NCBI GenBank assembly: GCA_963724295.1
Contig: CAVRUC010000007.1
Span: forward strand, 448,001-512,000
Length of the DNA: 64,000 nt
Reading direction: 5' to 3'
Origin: an uncultured Chloroflexia bacterium
GTDB taxonomy: Bacteria; Chloroflexota; Chloroflexia; Thermomicrobiales; UBA6265
Numbering within the stretch: the stretch's first letter is position 1; each line of letters starts with the position of its first letter. This document shows positions 55,226-64,000 of the stretch, piece after piece. The position numbers and the translations under genes are program-made. A model generated the notes under the pieces. The model was not told the origin of the DNA. It ran no database searches and worked only from the letters and a program-made list of their open reading frames with translations.

Positions 55226-55678
55226 ATGGAGCACGTCAGCTCAGATCGCCCTCTCGCCTCAATCTTTGCCGCCGTGCTTGGCGCCGCTCTCATAGGCGCA
55301 ACGTTGCTGAGCCCACTGGCGGTGAACGTGGCGCAGGCACAAACTGAACCGCTTACTGCGGCCAATGGCGTCGTGCTCCCTTCCCCGTATGACGACCCGG
55401 CCGCGGCCAGGATTGCGGATCTCGCCGAAAGCTCGGTTGCGCCCGCCACGGCGACGACTCCAGTCCCACCTGCTGACGAAACCACGGCCACCGACGCTCC
55501 TGAAGCAGCTGCTGAGACTCCAGATGCCGATGCCGGTGCACCGGACGCTGTCACTGGCGACCTGGAAGCCGGGACCTCAGCTCCGATCGTCCTTGGTGGC
55601 GCCGATGTCGCCGTATCCAGCGTTGGCGGTTCCTACGAAGTTGACCGTCCCAGCAAGCGATCGGAGCGCAAGAGGTAG
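55226..55678 (+). CDS. secreted low-complexity Ala/Pro/Thr/Asp-rich protein
   Basis: signal peptide ending AQA-Q; immediately follows the previous stop. Confidence 0.6.
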   Translation: MEHVSSDRPLASIFAAVLGAALIGATLLSPLAVNVAQAQTEPLTAANGVVLPSPYDDPAAARIADLAESSVAPATATTPVPPADETTATDAPEAAAETPDADAGAPDAVTGDLEAGTSAPIVLGGADVAVSSVGGSYEVDRPSKRSERKR

Positions 55679-55788
55679 GCGGGTTGCCGCCTGATCGATC
55701 AGCTGAATATGACGCAAATGGAGCGAGCCGGTTGCAGTTGCCGCTGGCTTGTTTCATTGGCGATCATCGAAACCGATTTCGGGAAATA

Positions 55789-55812
55789 GCGCGTCCGTAC
55801 GCGCCTTTTTTT
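55789..55812 (+). terminator. intrinsic terminator upstream of gyrA
   Basis: GCGCGT-CCGT-ACGCGC followed by CTTTTTTT. Confidence 0.65.
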
Positions 55813-55895
55813 GTCGCGGAACACCTCAATGTGTGCTAAACTTATGTCTGTTTTCGAGCAGCATGTGTAATCTGCCAAGCTAGGGGAATCCGCTC

Positions 55896-58385
55896 GTGGA
55901 AATAGGCAACGTCCGGCTGGCGAGCATCGAGACCGAGATGCGCCAGTCCTACCTCGATTACGCTATGAGTGTCATCGTGCAGCGGGCGCTGCCGGACGCT
56001 CGAGACGGTCTCAAACCGGTCCATCGCCGGGTCCTGTTCGCGATGTCGGAGATGGGGCTTCGCTCGAATACCCGCTACCGCAAGAGCGCCGGCATCGTCG
56101 GGGAAGTGCTCAAGAACTATCACCCCCACGGCGATGCCTCCGTCTACGACACCCTCGTCCGCATGGCGCAGGACTTCAACCTCCGCTACCCGCTCGTCGA
56201 CGGTCAGGGCAACTTCGGCTCGGTCGACGGCGATGGCGCGGCCGCGATGCGGTACACCGAAGCGCGTCTGACCGCGATCTCTGACGAGCTCCTTGCGGAT
56301 ATCGACAAGAACACCGTTGAGTTCATCCCCAACTACGATGCCTCGAGTGAGGAGCCCCGCGTTTTGCCGGCGCGCTTGCCCAACCTGCTCCTGAACGGGA
56401 GCACCGGCATCGCCGTCGGCATGGCCACCAACATCCCACCCCACAATCTCAACGAGCTTTGTGACGCAATTACGTTGTTGATCGACAATCCCGAGGCCAC
56501 CATCGAGGACCTGATGGAGGTCGTCACCGGCCCGGACTTCCCGACAGGAGGAACGATCCTCGGTCGCGAGGGGATCAAGTCCGCCTATGCCACCGGGCGG
56601 GGACGGATCGTGGTCCGGGCCAAGGCCTTCGTCGAGGAATCGCCACGCGGCGGCCGTTACCAGATCGTCGTCACCGAGCTGCCCTACCAGGTCAACAAGG
56701 CCACCCTGCTGGAGCGCATTGCCGACCAGGTTCGCGAGGGCAAGCTCGACGGCATCAGCGACCTGCGCGACGAATCCGACCGCACCGGCATGCGAGCCAT
56801 CATCGAGCTGAAGCGTGATGCGCAGCCGATGAAAGTGCTGAACAACCTCTTCAAGCACACCCAGCTCCAATCCAGCTTCGGGGTCAACATGCTGGCCCTG
56901 ATCGAGCGCGGCACCCAACCTCGGTCGCTGACGCTGAAACGGGCTCTGCAGGAATACATCAGCCACCGCCAGGAGGTCATCACCCGCCGCACCGAGTTCG
57001 AGCTGGAGCGCGCCCGCCGGCGGGCCCACGTGCTCGAAGGGCTCAAGATCGCGCTCGATCACATCGACGCGGTGATTGCCACCATCCGTGCCTCGCGCAC
57101 GACCGATACCGCTCGCGCCAACCTGATGAAGCAGTTCACGCTCACCGAGGTCCAGTCGTCGGCGATTCTGGACATGCGCCTGGCTCGCCTGGCCGGGCTC
57201 GAGCGCAAGAAGATCGAGGACGAGCTCAAGGAAGTTCGCGCCGAGATCAAGCGTCTGGAGGCTCTGCTGGCGGATCCGAAGCTGATCCTGAACGTGATCC
57301 GCGACGATATGAGCGCCTTGAAAGACAAATATGGCGACGAGCGCCGCACGCGAATCCAGGACATCTCCGGCGCGCTGTCCGAGGAGGATCTGATCCCCGA
57401 GGTCGACGTGCTGGTGACGTTGACGACGCGCGGCTATGTCAAGCGCAGCGTCGACGGCGTGTTCAGGACCCAGCATCGCGGGGGCCGAGGCGTGACCGGC
57501 GTCACGATGCGTGACGAAGACGCCATCCAGCACATCCTGGCCGCCAACAGTCACGACTGGCTCCTGGTATTCACCAATCGGGGCAAGGTCTACCAGCTGA
57601 AAGTCCACGAGCTCCCCGACGCCGGACGCACCGCCAAGGGCGTTCCGATCGTGAACCTCGTCAATATGCAGCCGGACGAGACCGTCACCACCCTGATGAA
57701 AGTGCGCGACTACAGCTCTGGCCAGTACCTCTTCTTCACCACCCGGCTGGGGCGGGTCAAGCGCACCGCCCTCGATCAATTCCGGACGGTTCGCTCTTCC
57801 GGTCTCATCGCCATCGGACTCGATGCGGAGGACGAGTTGGCCTGGGTGCGGATGACGAGCGGTGAAGACGACGTCATGCTCGTCAGCCAGGGCGGGCAGG
57901 CGGTCCGCTTCCGGGAAGAAGTCGTGCGGCCGATGGGCCGGCCGGCCGCCGGCGTGATCGGTATCCGCATGGCCAAGGGAGACCGGGTCATCGCCTCGGA
58001 AGCAGTGATCGACGGCAAGGACTTGCTTGTCGTCTCCCAGAAGGGCCTTGGCAAGCGGACCGACACCGACCACTTCATCACCAAGGGACGGGGTGGCAAG
58101 GGAGTCACCGCGATGAAGCTCACGACGCGCACCGGCCAGATCGTCGGCGCCGGGATGGTGGACGACGATCACAACCTGACGCTGATGAGCACCTCGGGCA
58201 AGGTGATCCGGCTTCCGGTGTCCCAGATCCCGACGATCGGGCGGCAGACCCAGGGTGTGACCCTGATGAAGCTCGACCCCGATGAGATGGTCGCCACCAT
58301 GACGTTCGCCGAGAGGAAGGACGACGAGGGCGACCCGACCCTGCCTCCGCTGAACGGTCACGGAGACATCTCCAACCTTTCCTGA
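55896..58385 (+). CDS. gyrA: DNA gyrase subunit A
   Basis: SYLDYAMSVI, YHPHGD, AAMRYTE catalytic Tyr, GyrA-box QHRGGRG. Confidence 0.97.
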   Translation: MEIGNVRLASIETEMRQSYLDYAMSVIVQRALPDARDGLKPVHRRVLFAMSEMGLRSNTRYRKSAGIVGEVLKNYHPHGDASVYDTLVRMAQDFNLRYPLVDGQGNFGSVDGDGAAAMRYTEARLTAISDELLADIDKNTVEFIPNYDASSEEPRVLPARLPNLLLNGSTGIAVGMATNIPPHNLNELCDAITLLIDNPEATIEDLMEVVTGPDFPTGGTILGREGIKSAYATGRGRIVVRAKAFVEESPRGGRYQIVVTELPYQVNKATLLERIADQVREGKLDGISDLRDESDRTGMRAIIELKRDAQPMKVLNNLFKHTQLQSSFGVNMLALIERGTQPRSLTLKRALQEYISHRQEVITRRTEFELERARRRAHVLEGLKIALDHIDAVIATIRASRTTDTARANLMKQFTLTEVQSSAILDMRLARLAGLERKKIEDELKEVRAEIKRLEALLADPKLILNVIRDDMSALKDKYGDERRTRIQDISGALSEEDLIPEVDVLVTLTTRGYVKRSVDGVFRTQHRGGRGVTGVTMRDEDAIQHILAANSHDWLLVFTNRGKVYQLKVHELPDAGRTAKGVPIVNLVNMQPDETVTTLMKVRDYSSGQYLFFTTRLGRVKRTALDQFRTVRSSGLIAIGLDAEDELAWVRMTSGEDDVMLVSQGGQAVRFREEVVRPMGRPAAGVIGIRMAKGDRVIASEAVIDGKDLLVVSQKGLGKRTDTDHFITKGRGGKGVTAMKLTTRTGQIVGAGMVDDDHNLTLMSTSGKVIRLPVSQIPTIGRQTQGVTLMKLDPDEMVATMTFAERKDDEGDPTLPPLNGHGDISNLS

Positions 58386-58407
58386 TCTCCCCCGGGACAG
58401 GCTTTTC

Positions 58408-59259
58408 CTATCGCCCCTCGGTCCGGCGGGCACCCCTGGCAGGGGCGCTCGCCGGTCTCGGCCCGCCGGTCTCCTCCTCGACCGCCTGAAAGAATCTGCG
58501 GCTGAAGAGCGCCCCAAGGGGGGTCAGGACGGTCAGCAGGGTCGTCAGCGCCAGCAGCAATGCCGCGCTGGCCGGCACGACCGTTCCTCCATCCTGGCCG
58601 ATGACCGGGCGCTGGCCAAGCATCCAGAGCACGACGAACTGTGCGGCCAGGGCAATGGCTCCCGCCATGGGACGCCAGTTCGCGGGAGCGAGCAGTGCCA
58701 CGAAGATCCAGACAGCCGCGACCAGGCACGCCTCCCCCAGCATCGACAACGCGGACGTCTCGTCGAGCGAACCGGGAGCGCTCAGGATGGCAGGCACCAG
58801 CAGCGCCGCTGGCAGGAACAGGAGCGACCCATTCTCCGGGGCCTGGTCAGACTGATGCGCGGCAAAAAGCCAGAGTCCGAACAACACGACGCAGGTGGCC
58901 AGAGTCAGCCACAGCAGCGGTCCCGCTGAACCCCGTGCGATCGCGACGAATGGAACACGCGACGCCGACGCCTGAAGCGCGACTACCGGCATGAGCACGA
59001 GTGTCACCAGCAGCGTCATTTGCCAGTACGGTCGGGAATCTGGCCGGTCCATGACGACTGTCAGGCCGATTCCAACCACGAGGGCGAGAACGACGAACCC
59101 AATACGAACGGGAGCCGCTCCCGTCGGTAATCGAAGCGCGTCTAGAGCCCCGGTGAGGGAGAGGATCGAGGTCAGGAACAACGGGGCAGAACGCCACGCT
59201 GCTTGATTTACGGCCAGTCTCGCGCTCCGGGCCGACGCCGCATGCTGCGCCCTGCTCAC
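58408..59259 (-). CDS. multi-pass membrane protein, unknown function
   Basis: about eight hydrophobic segments. Confidence 0.65.
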   Translation of the reverse strand: MSRAQHAASARSARLAVNQAAWRSAPLFLTSILSLTGALDALRLPTGAAPVRIGFVVLALVVGIGLTVVMDRPDSRPYWQMTLLVTLVLMPVVALQASASRVPFVAIARGSAGPLLWLTLATCVVLFGLWLFAAHQSDQAPENGSLLFLPAALLVPAILSAPGSLDETSALSMLGEACLVAAVWIFVALLAPANWRPMAGAIALAAQFVVLWMLGQRPVIGQDGGTVVPASAALLLALTTLLTVLTPLGALFSRRFFQAVEEETGGPRPASAPARGARRTEGR

Positions 59260-59350
59260 TGCTCTCGATCCTGGCCGCGCCGAGCCGGGTCGCGGCCCGA
59301 CTGGGCCGACCTGTCCCCGCGCGTTTCGGGAGCGACCTGGTTCGCCCGTC

Positions 59351-60172
59351 TCAGCCCTCCCCCGGCAGCAGCGTGGCGATCGGCACGAGGGTGGCTTCTC
59401 TCCCGCGGAAGGAGGCCACGGCGTCGATGTCGCAAAGGGTGAGCATGTCCAACGTCTTCTGCAGACCCGCGCCCACGGTTTGGGCCGCGTGCGAATCGGT
59501 TCCAGTCGTGATCAAGCGACCACCCCGATCCGCGTACCAGCGCACCACCGCCGGTCCTGGCATGCTGGTTTTCGGCGTCTGCCGCAGACCTGATGTATTG
59601 ATCTCGAATCCGACGCCACGCTCGATCATGGCGTCGAAAATCGGCTCCAGACGCTCTCGGTAACGAGCAGGGTCGTAGTCGCGATGCGTTTTCGGCGCAT
59701 ACCGCTTCGGTAGGTCGAGGTGCCCGATCATGTCGAACCACCCGGTCTCGACGGCTTTCTGCACCTGGTCCAGATACGGCAGGAAGACGTCATCCATCGT
59801 GCGCGGGCCAAAGTAGTCGGGGAAGATCATCGCGCCATCGGCCGCGTAGTGCACCGACCCGATGACGAAGTCGAACTCGCCGCCATAGTCAGCAACGAAT
59901 CGTTCGACAACGTCTGTGGTTCCCTCGTTGTAGTCGATCTCGGCTCCGCGCAAGACTGTCAGATCCCCGCTGAACTGGTCGCGGATGCGATCGACCTCGC
60001 GCAGGTACTCGTCGGGACGATAGAACCCATAGCCGGGGTCAGCCGGAACGTGATCGACGTGATCCGTGAACGCGATCTCGGTAACGCCCGCCGCAATGGC
60101 GGCTCGGCACGAGCTCTCCATCGGGATTGCACAATCGACCGAAAATGTGCTGTGAACGTGATAATCAAACAC
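59351..60172 (-). CDS. PHP-family histidinol-phosphatase-like protein
   Basis: DYHVHS, FTDH, IGSVH, GHLD, EINTSG, GTDSH. Confidence 0.85.
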   Translation of the reverse strand: MFDYHVHSTFSVDCAIPMESSCRAAIAAGVTEIAFTDHVDHVPADPGYGFYRPDEYLREVDRIRDQFSGDLTVLRGAEIDYNEGTTDVVERFVADYGGEFDFVIGSVHYAADGAMIFPDYFGPRTMDDVFLPYLDQVQKAVETGWFDMIGHLDLPKRYAPKTHRDYDPARYRERLEPIFDAMIERGVGFEINTSGLRQTPKTSMPGPAVVRWYADRGGRLITTGTDSHAAQTVGAGLQKTLDMLTLCDIDAVASFRGREATLVPIATLLPGEG

Positions 60173-60317
60173 GGGATCTGGCCCTCTTGACCGACCTGGC
60201 GCGCCTGGCGGGCACTATAGCAATCCGCACAGCGCACCCGGTAACCGAATCGACCAGGCGACCAGCCGGCATTGTTACAATCGCCTGCCGCGCGACTGGT
60301 TCCGGAGGAGACGGCTT

Positions 60318-61124
60318 GTGGACGTCGCGGAGTTCTGGGACCAGGTGAGATCGGCGCTGGGGCTGGACGAACCCCAGGCTGCTGAGACGGTCGTCAGAGC
60401 GATTCAGGCCATCATCGTCGTTCTGCTCACGGTCGGCATCGCGCACTGGTTGAGCGCCTGGGTCCGGCGAGCCGCAATGGCAGGACGGGTCTACGCCGAA
60501 GTAGCGGTACTGGTCAGCCGGGCGACCGCCCTCGCCGTCTTCGCCATAGGCGGCAGCATCGCCCTGGCGATCGTTGGCGTCAGCTCGACCGCCATCGCCG
60601 CCGTCCTTGGCGCCGCCACATTTGGTCTCAGTCTCGCCCTGCAGGATGTCGGACGCGGATTCGTCAATGGTGTCTACATTCTCGTCGAGCGGCCCTTTCG
60701 CATCGGCGACCATGTTCGGGTTGGCGCCGTGGAAGGTCGCGTCGAAGATGTCGGTGTCCGCTTGACGACGCTGCGAACGGCGTCTGGCGACCGCATCATC
60801 GTCCCCAATACCGTCGTCTTTTCGAGCATCATCGAGAACTCATCGGTGGGTACTGTCGACCGGCAAACATACGTGGCATCGGGGATCGAGCTACCGGTTA
60901 CAGAAATTCAGGGTGCGATTTTCGCCTCCCTGCGAGGTACGCCACACCTCTCGCACCTGGCGCCCGTTGTTGAGGTGATCCGGTCCAGGCCCGACGGCAC
61001 GGACATCGAAGTTACCGTCGAGCATGATCTTGGCGTCCGGATCGATGACCAGGTGATTGAACGCCTGCGCTCGCTCTTCCCGGAAGCGACCGTGGCCACG
61101 AAGACCTCCGCCGGCGCATCGTGA
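60318..61124 (+). CDS. small-conductance mechanosensitive channel (MscS family)
   Basis: three TM, LSLALQD...GVYILVERPFRIGDHV, GRVEDVGVRLT, IIVPN. Confidence 0.88.
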   Translation: MDVAEFWDQVRSALGLDEPQAAETVVRAIQAIIVVLLTVGIAHWLSAWVRRAAMAGRVYAEVAVLVSRATALAVFAIGGSIALAIVGVSSTAIAAVLGAATFGLSLALQDVGRGFVNGVYILVERPFRIGDHVRVGAVEGRVEDVGVRLTTLRTASGDRIIVPNTVVFSSIIENSSVGTVDRQTYVASGIELPVTEIQGAIFASLRGTPHLSHLAPVVEVIRSRPDGTDIEVTVEHDLGVRIDDQVIERLRSLFPEATVATKTSAGAS

Positions 61125-61747
61125 CGGAACCCGGGCAGCCACGGCGCGTCGGCGTTCTCGGCGGAACTTTCGATCCGGTTCACAATGGACACTTGTCCAT
61201 CGCAAATGCCTTGCGCACGGCGCTCGATCTAGAGCGCGTCGTCTGGGTCCCGGCTGGACGCCCCCCGCACAAAACAGGCCAGATCGTCAGCGGCGACCGT
61301 GACCGGCTCGCCATGCTCGAGCTCGCTTTAGCCGGTTCGGCGGTCGATCAGATCGACACGATCGATATCGAGCGCTCCGGTCCATCGTACACAGCCGATA
61401 CGCTCGAAATCCTCGCGCAGCGTTTCGCCCCAGCAGGACTCTTCTTCCTGATGGGCGAGGACTCGCTGCGCGATCTGCCGACCTGGCACGACCCCGAGCG
61501 ACTGCTACGGGCCGCCGAACTGGCGGTCGCCGCGCGACCCGGAGTCGACGTCGATCTCGAATCCGTTGCGCGTCAGGTTCCGACGGTCCGGGGACGGGTA
61601 CACCTGGTCCCGACCGAAGAAATTGCCATCTCCTCGTCGGGGATCAGGCGACGCGTGCGAGAAAACCAATCGATCCACGGACTCGTGCCCGCGGCTGTCG
61701 AGGCGTACATCCAGGACCACGGGCTTTACACGCAGCCGGCTCCATGA
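61121..61747 (+). CDS. nadD: nicotinate-nucleotide adenylyltransferase
   Basis: GGTFDPVHNGH, PPHK, SYTADTL, MGEDSL, ISSSGIR. Confidence 0.95.
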   Translation: MTEPGQPRRVGVLGGTFDPVHNGHLSIANALRTALDLERVVWVPAGRPPHKTGQIVSGDRDRLAMLELALAGSAVDQIDTIDIERSGPSYTADTLEILAQRFAPAGLFFLMGEDSLRDLPTWHDPERLLRAAELAVAARPGVDVDLESVARQVPTVRGRVHLVPTEEIAISSSGIRRRVRENQSIHGLVPAAVEAYIQDHGLYTQPAP

Positions 61748-61760
61748 ACGGGCCGCGCCA

Positions 61761-63125
61761 TTACAAGAGCCGGCGTTCTCTGGCCACCTCGTCGATCGCC
61801 AGTGCCGCCACCCGCACCGTCTCGTCGAGATCGGCTTTCGTGGCAATCAAGGGCGGCGCGAGCTCGAAGGCGGTACCGATCGGACTGGCGATCACCCCAT
61901 GTTCGTACATGCGTCGCACGACCGCGCGCACCGTATCATCTTCGAACGGGATGCGCGTCTCCTTGTCGGCGGTGAAGTCTACGGCCAGCCACATCCCCTT
62001 CCCTCGCACCTGGCCCACGATGGGATGCGGGTCGAGAAACTCCTGCAGGGAATCGAGCAGGTACTCGCCGTTCTGGCGCGCCTGGGCGATGAGTCCGTCT
62101 CGCTCTTTGATGGCGATCGCCGTGTTGGCCGCCGCGGCCGCGCCGGCGTGCCCACTAAATGTGTGGACATGCCGAAAAACGGGCAGCGCCTCGATCAGCT
62201 CTGGCCGGGCGATCACGGCGCCCATGGGCATGTAGCCGGCGGTGAGTGCTTTCGCCATCGTCAAGATGTCCGGTTTGATTCCGTAGTGCTCGCTGGCGAA
62301 CCACGCCCCGGTGCGACCGAAGCCGGTGATCACCTCGTCGATGATCAGCAGGACGCCGTAGCGATCGCAGATCTCGCGGACACGTCCGAAATATGCCTCA
62401 GATGCGGTCTGCACGCCGTGCGCTTGCATGATCGGCTCGGCGATGAACGCCGCCACGTAGTCAGGGCCTTCGTGCTGAATCTGCCTCTCCAGATAGTCGG
62501 CGCAGAAGGCGAAGTAGGCCTCTTCTTCCATGCCGAATGGGTTGCGGTAGCGACTCGGTGCGGGGATCAGGGAGTAGCCGGGAACGCCGGGTTCCGAGAT
62601 GTGTCGCGTACCGAGCCAGTCCGTGGCGCCGAGCGCGCCCATCGTCGCGCCGTGGTACGCGTTCCAGCGCGAGATGATCTTGTTGGCGCGTGGCTTCCCG
62701 GAATGCGCGTGGTACTGCTTCGCGATCTTGATCGCGGCTTCCACCGCTTCGGAGCCACCGGTAACGAAGAGCACTTTTGACAGGCCGTGCGGGGCCAGAT
62801 CCGCGAGCTTGCCAGCGAGCTCTATCGTCGGCGGCGCCAGATTGGTGACCGTTCCCACATAGTGAAGCTGCTCGAGCTGCTTTCCGACCGCGGCGGCGAT
62901 CTCGGCGTTGCCATACCCGAGCGAGTTCGCCCGGGTGTGCGAGCTCATCATGTCGAGATATTCCCGGCCGTTGATGTCCATGATCCGTACGCCCTCACCG
63001 CGCACGTAGACCGTGGGACCGTCCCGTTGCACGTCTTCCACCGCGGCGAGCGGGAACACGCAATGCTCGAGCGCCTCCGCCACGAGATCGTCTCGCTCAA
63101 TATCCCCACGTACTCCCTGCATCAC
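61761..63125 (-). CDS. class III PLP aminotransferase (omega-amine type)
   Basis: TGGSEAVE, AYHGAT, IIDEVITGFGRTG, MAKALTAGY. Confidence 0.9.
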   Translation of the reverse strand: MMQGVRGDIERDDLVAEALEHCVFPLAAVEDVQRDGPTVYVRGEGVRIMDINGREYLDMMSSHTRANSLGYGNAEIAAAVGKQLEQLHYVGTVTNLAPPTIELAGKLADLAPHGLSKVLFVTGGSEAVEAAIKIAKQYHAHSGKPRANKIISRWNAYHGATMGALGATDWLGTRHISEPGVPGYSLIPAPSRYRNPFGMEEEAYFAFCADYLERQIQHEGPDYVAAFIAEPIMQAHGVQTASEAYFGRVREICDRYGVLLIIDEVITGFGRTGAWFASEHYGIKPDILTMAKALTAGYMPMGAVIARPELIEALPVFRHVHTFSGHAGAAAAANTAIAIKERDGLIAQARQNGEYLLDSLQEFLDPHPIVGQVRGKGMWLAVDFTADKETRIPFEDDTVRAVVRRMYEHGVIASPIGTAFELAPPLIATKADLDETVRVAALAIDEVARERRLL

Positions 63126-63524
63126 TAGCTCCCCAAACGCATACTTCGGCAGCGTTCAACTGACCACGTCTTGGCCGATCCTGATGCTCCAGCCGACATT
63201 CGTCAACTGACTGGCTAGCCAGGAATCGTCACAGGTCCTCAGCTATAGCCGCGGTCGTTCCGCCAGATGCCGCGAGGAAATGGCATCCGCCGCGTGCATC
63301 CAGACCTGGTACCGGTCCGCTCTACTCGCCGCGCCGTCGCAAACGTTTGACGGGGCATAGGGTTCGCCCCCGAAGTGAACGAATTTGGCAACCCCTTGCG
63401 GCGGCCCGGATTGAGGGCAGCATTCAGGAGGTCGCTCCCTCGCTCGTCGAAATTGGCGTAACCACACTCAACTCTGATGATGATTGGACTCGTAAAGGAC
63501 CACGGCGCTTGTATCACAGCGGCG

Positions 63525-63957
63525 TATTGCAAGGAATGCCTGACCGCCCGCAAGCAAGTCGCGGTTGAATTGTTCATCAGTGCCGGGTCGGATACCCTCG
63601 CATCCCTCCGCGAGGCGGGCAAGGATCCGCCGCACGGCGGGGATGCGGCGCGCAAGCGGGGGAGCGGAACGCCCAGCATGCCCGGGATACAGCGGAGCGG
63701 AAAAGGGAGCATGCGGAGGCACCCGCCGAAGCCACGTATGCGCGAGAGATCCTGCCCGGCTGCAGGGGGGTGCCGCTGGGCACCATGATGGAGGCAATGG
63801 GACTGTCCTTGCGGTACTGCTAGCTGATTCGACGGGACTCCGGGTGCCGCACCCGCGGCATTGGGGCGCACTGGGCGGGATTCAGTCAATAACTCCCACC
63901 GCAGCCCCTGCCAAAGACGCAACGCGGTCTGGCGTCCACCCCGACCGATCAGCCTAA
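63525..63957 (+). pseudogene. decayed fragment with CxxC and HTH, resembling the C-terminal extension of solo/casposon-like Cas1 proteins
   Basis: Three frames stitch to YCKECL...LASLREAGKDPPHGGDAARKRG/ERNAQH...YAREILPG..GVPLGTMMEAMGLSLRYC*LIRR/GLRVPHPRHWGAL; shifts at ~63660 and ~63835, TAG at 63821. Family call is from memory only. Confidence 0.55.
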
Positions 63958-64000
63958 CTGGCGGTGGAAGACCGCAATTCCGCCACCAGGCGCTCCAGTG

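Noticed and set aside
55842..58517. 891-aa minus-strand ORF (and similar long ORFs at 1379-2764, 11597-13393, 43967-45349, 61566-62780)
   Set aside because: Antisense shadows of well-supported genes such as gyrA, serA, the aminotransferases and mutS2; expected from GC-rich codon bias, with no recognisable motifs.
63239..63922. 227-aa minus-strand ORF or a large ncRNA in the terminal region
   Set aside because: No protein-like motifs and no recognisable RNA family; the plus-strand pseudogene explains the distal part better.

Overview
GC-rich bacterial chromosomal segment, most consistent with Chloroflexota (Thermomicrobiales-like; inferred from the Gram-positive-type LexA box, the MDxxRFDxL..RR Cys-rich Tat protein and overall gene content). 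It is mostly housekeeping and metabolic: serA with an N-terminal HAD domain, a TetR-led menFDHBE operon, a sugar-acid/aminotransferase cluster, aspC-like, prs, rnc, acoABCX, an amidase, a Cys/Met PLP enzyme, tRNA-Glu, comEA/comEC, mfd, sat-cysC, mutS2, lexA, dnaJ/hspR-like, purA, fabZ, a PspA/SPFH operon, gyrA, a PHP phosphatase, mscS and nadD. About eight otherwise intact genes carry apparent single-base frameshifts, probably assembly errors. Best leads: (1) a thioredoxin-fold protein whose annotated TGA stop is probably selenocysteine (PG-U-PSK plus a SECIS-like hairpin); (2) a family of small Gly/Asn/Ala-rich beta-repeat proteins, as a tandem pair and a distant third copy, that are candidate functional amyloid or surface filament subunits; (3) a HAD phosphatase joined to SerA, a candidate alternative phosphoserine phosphatase; (4) a TetR and palindromic operator heading menaquinone biosynthesis; (5) a four-gene PspA (ESCRT-III)/SPFH module with uncharacterised partners; (6) a decayed fragment at the right end resembling the C-terminus of a solo Cas1. 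No CRISPR array, rRNA or intact mobile element was seen. All protein calls come from motif recognition, not database searches.
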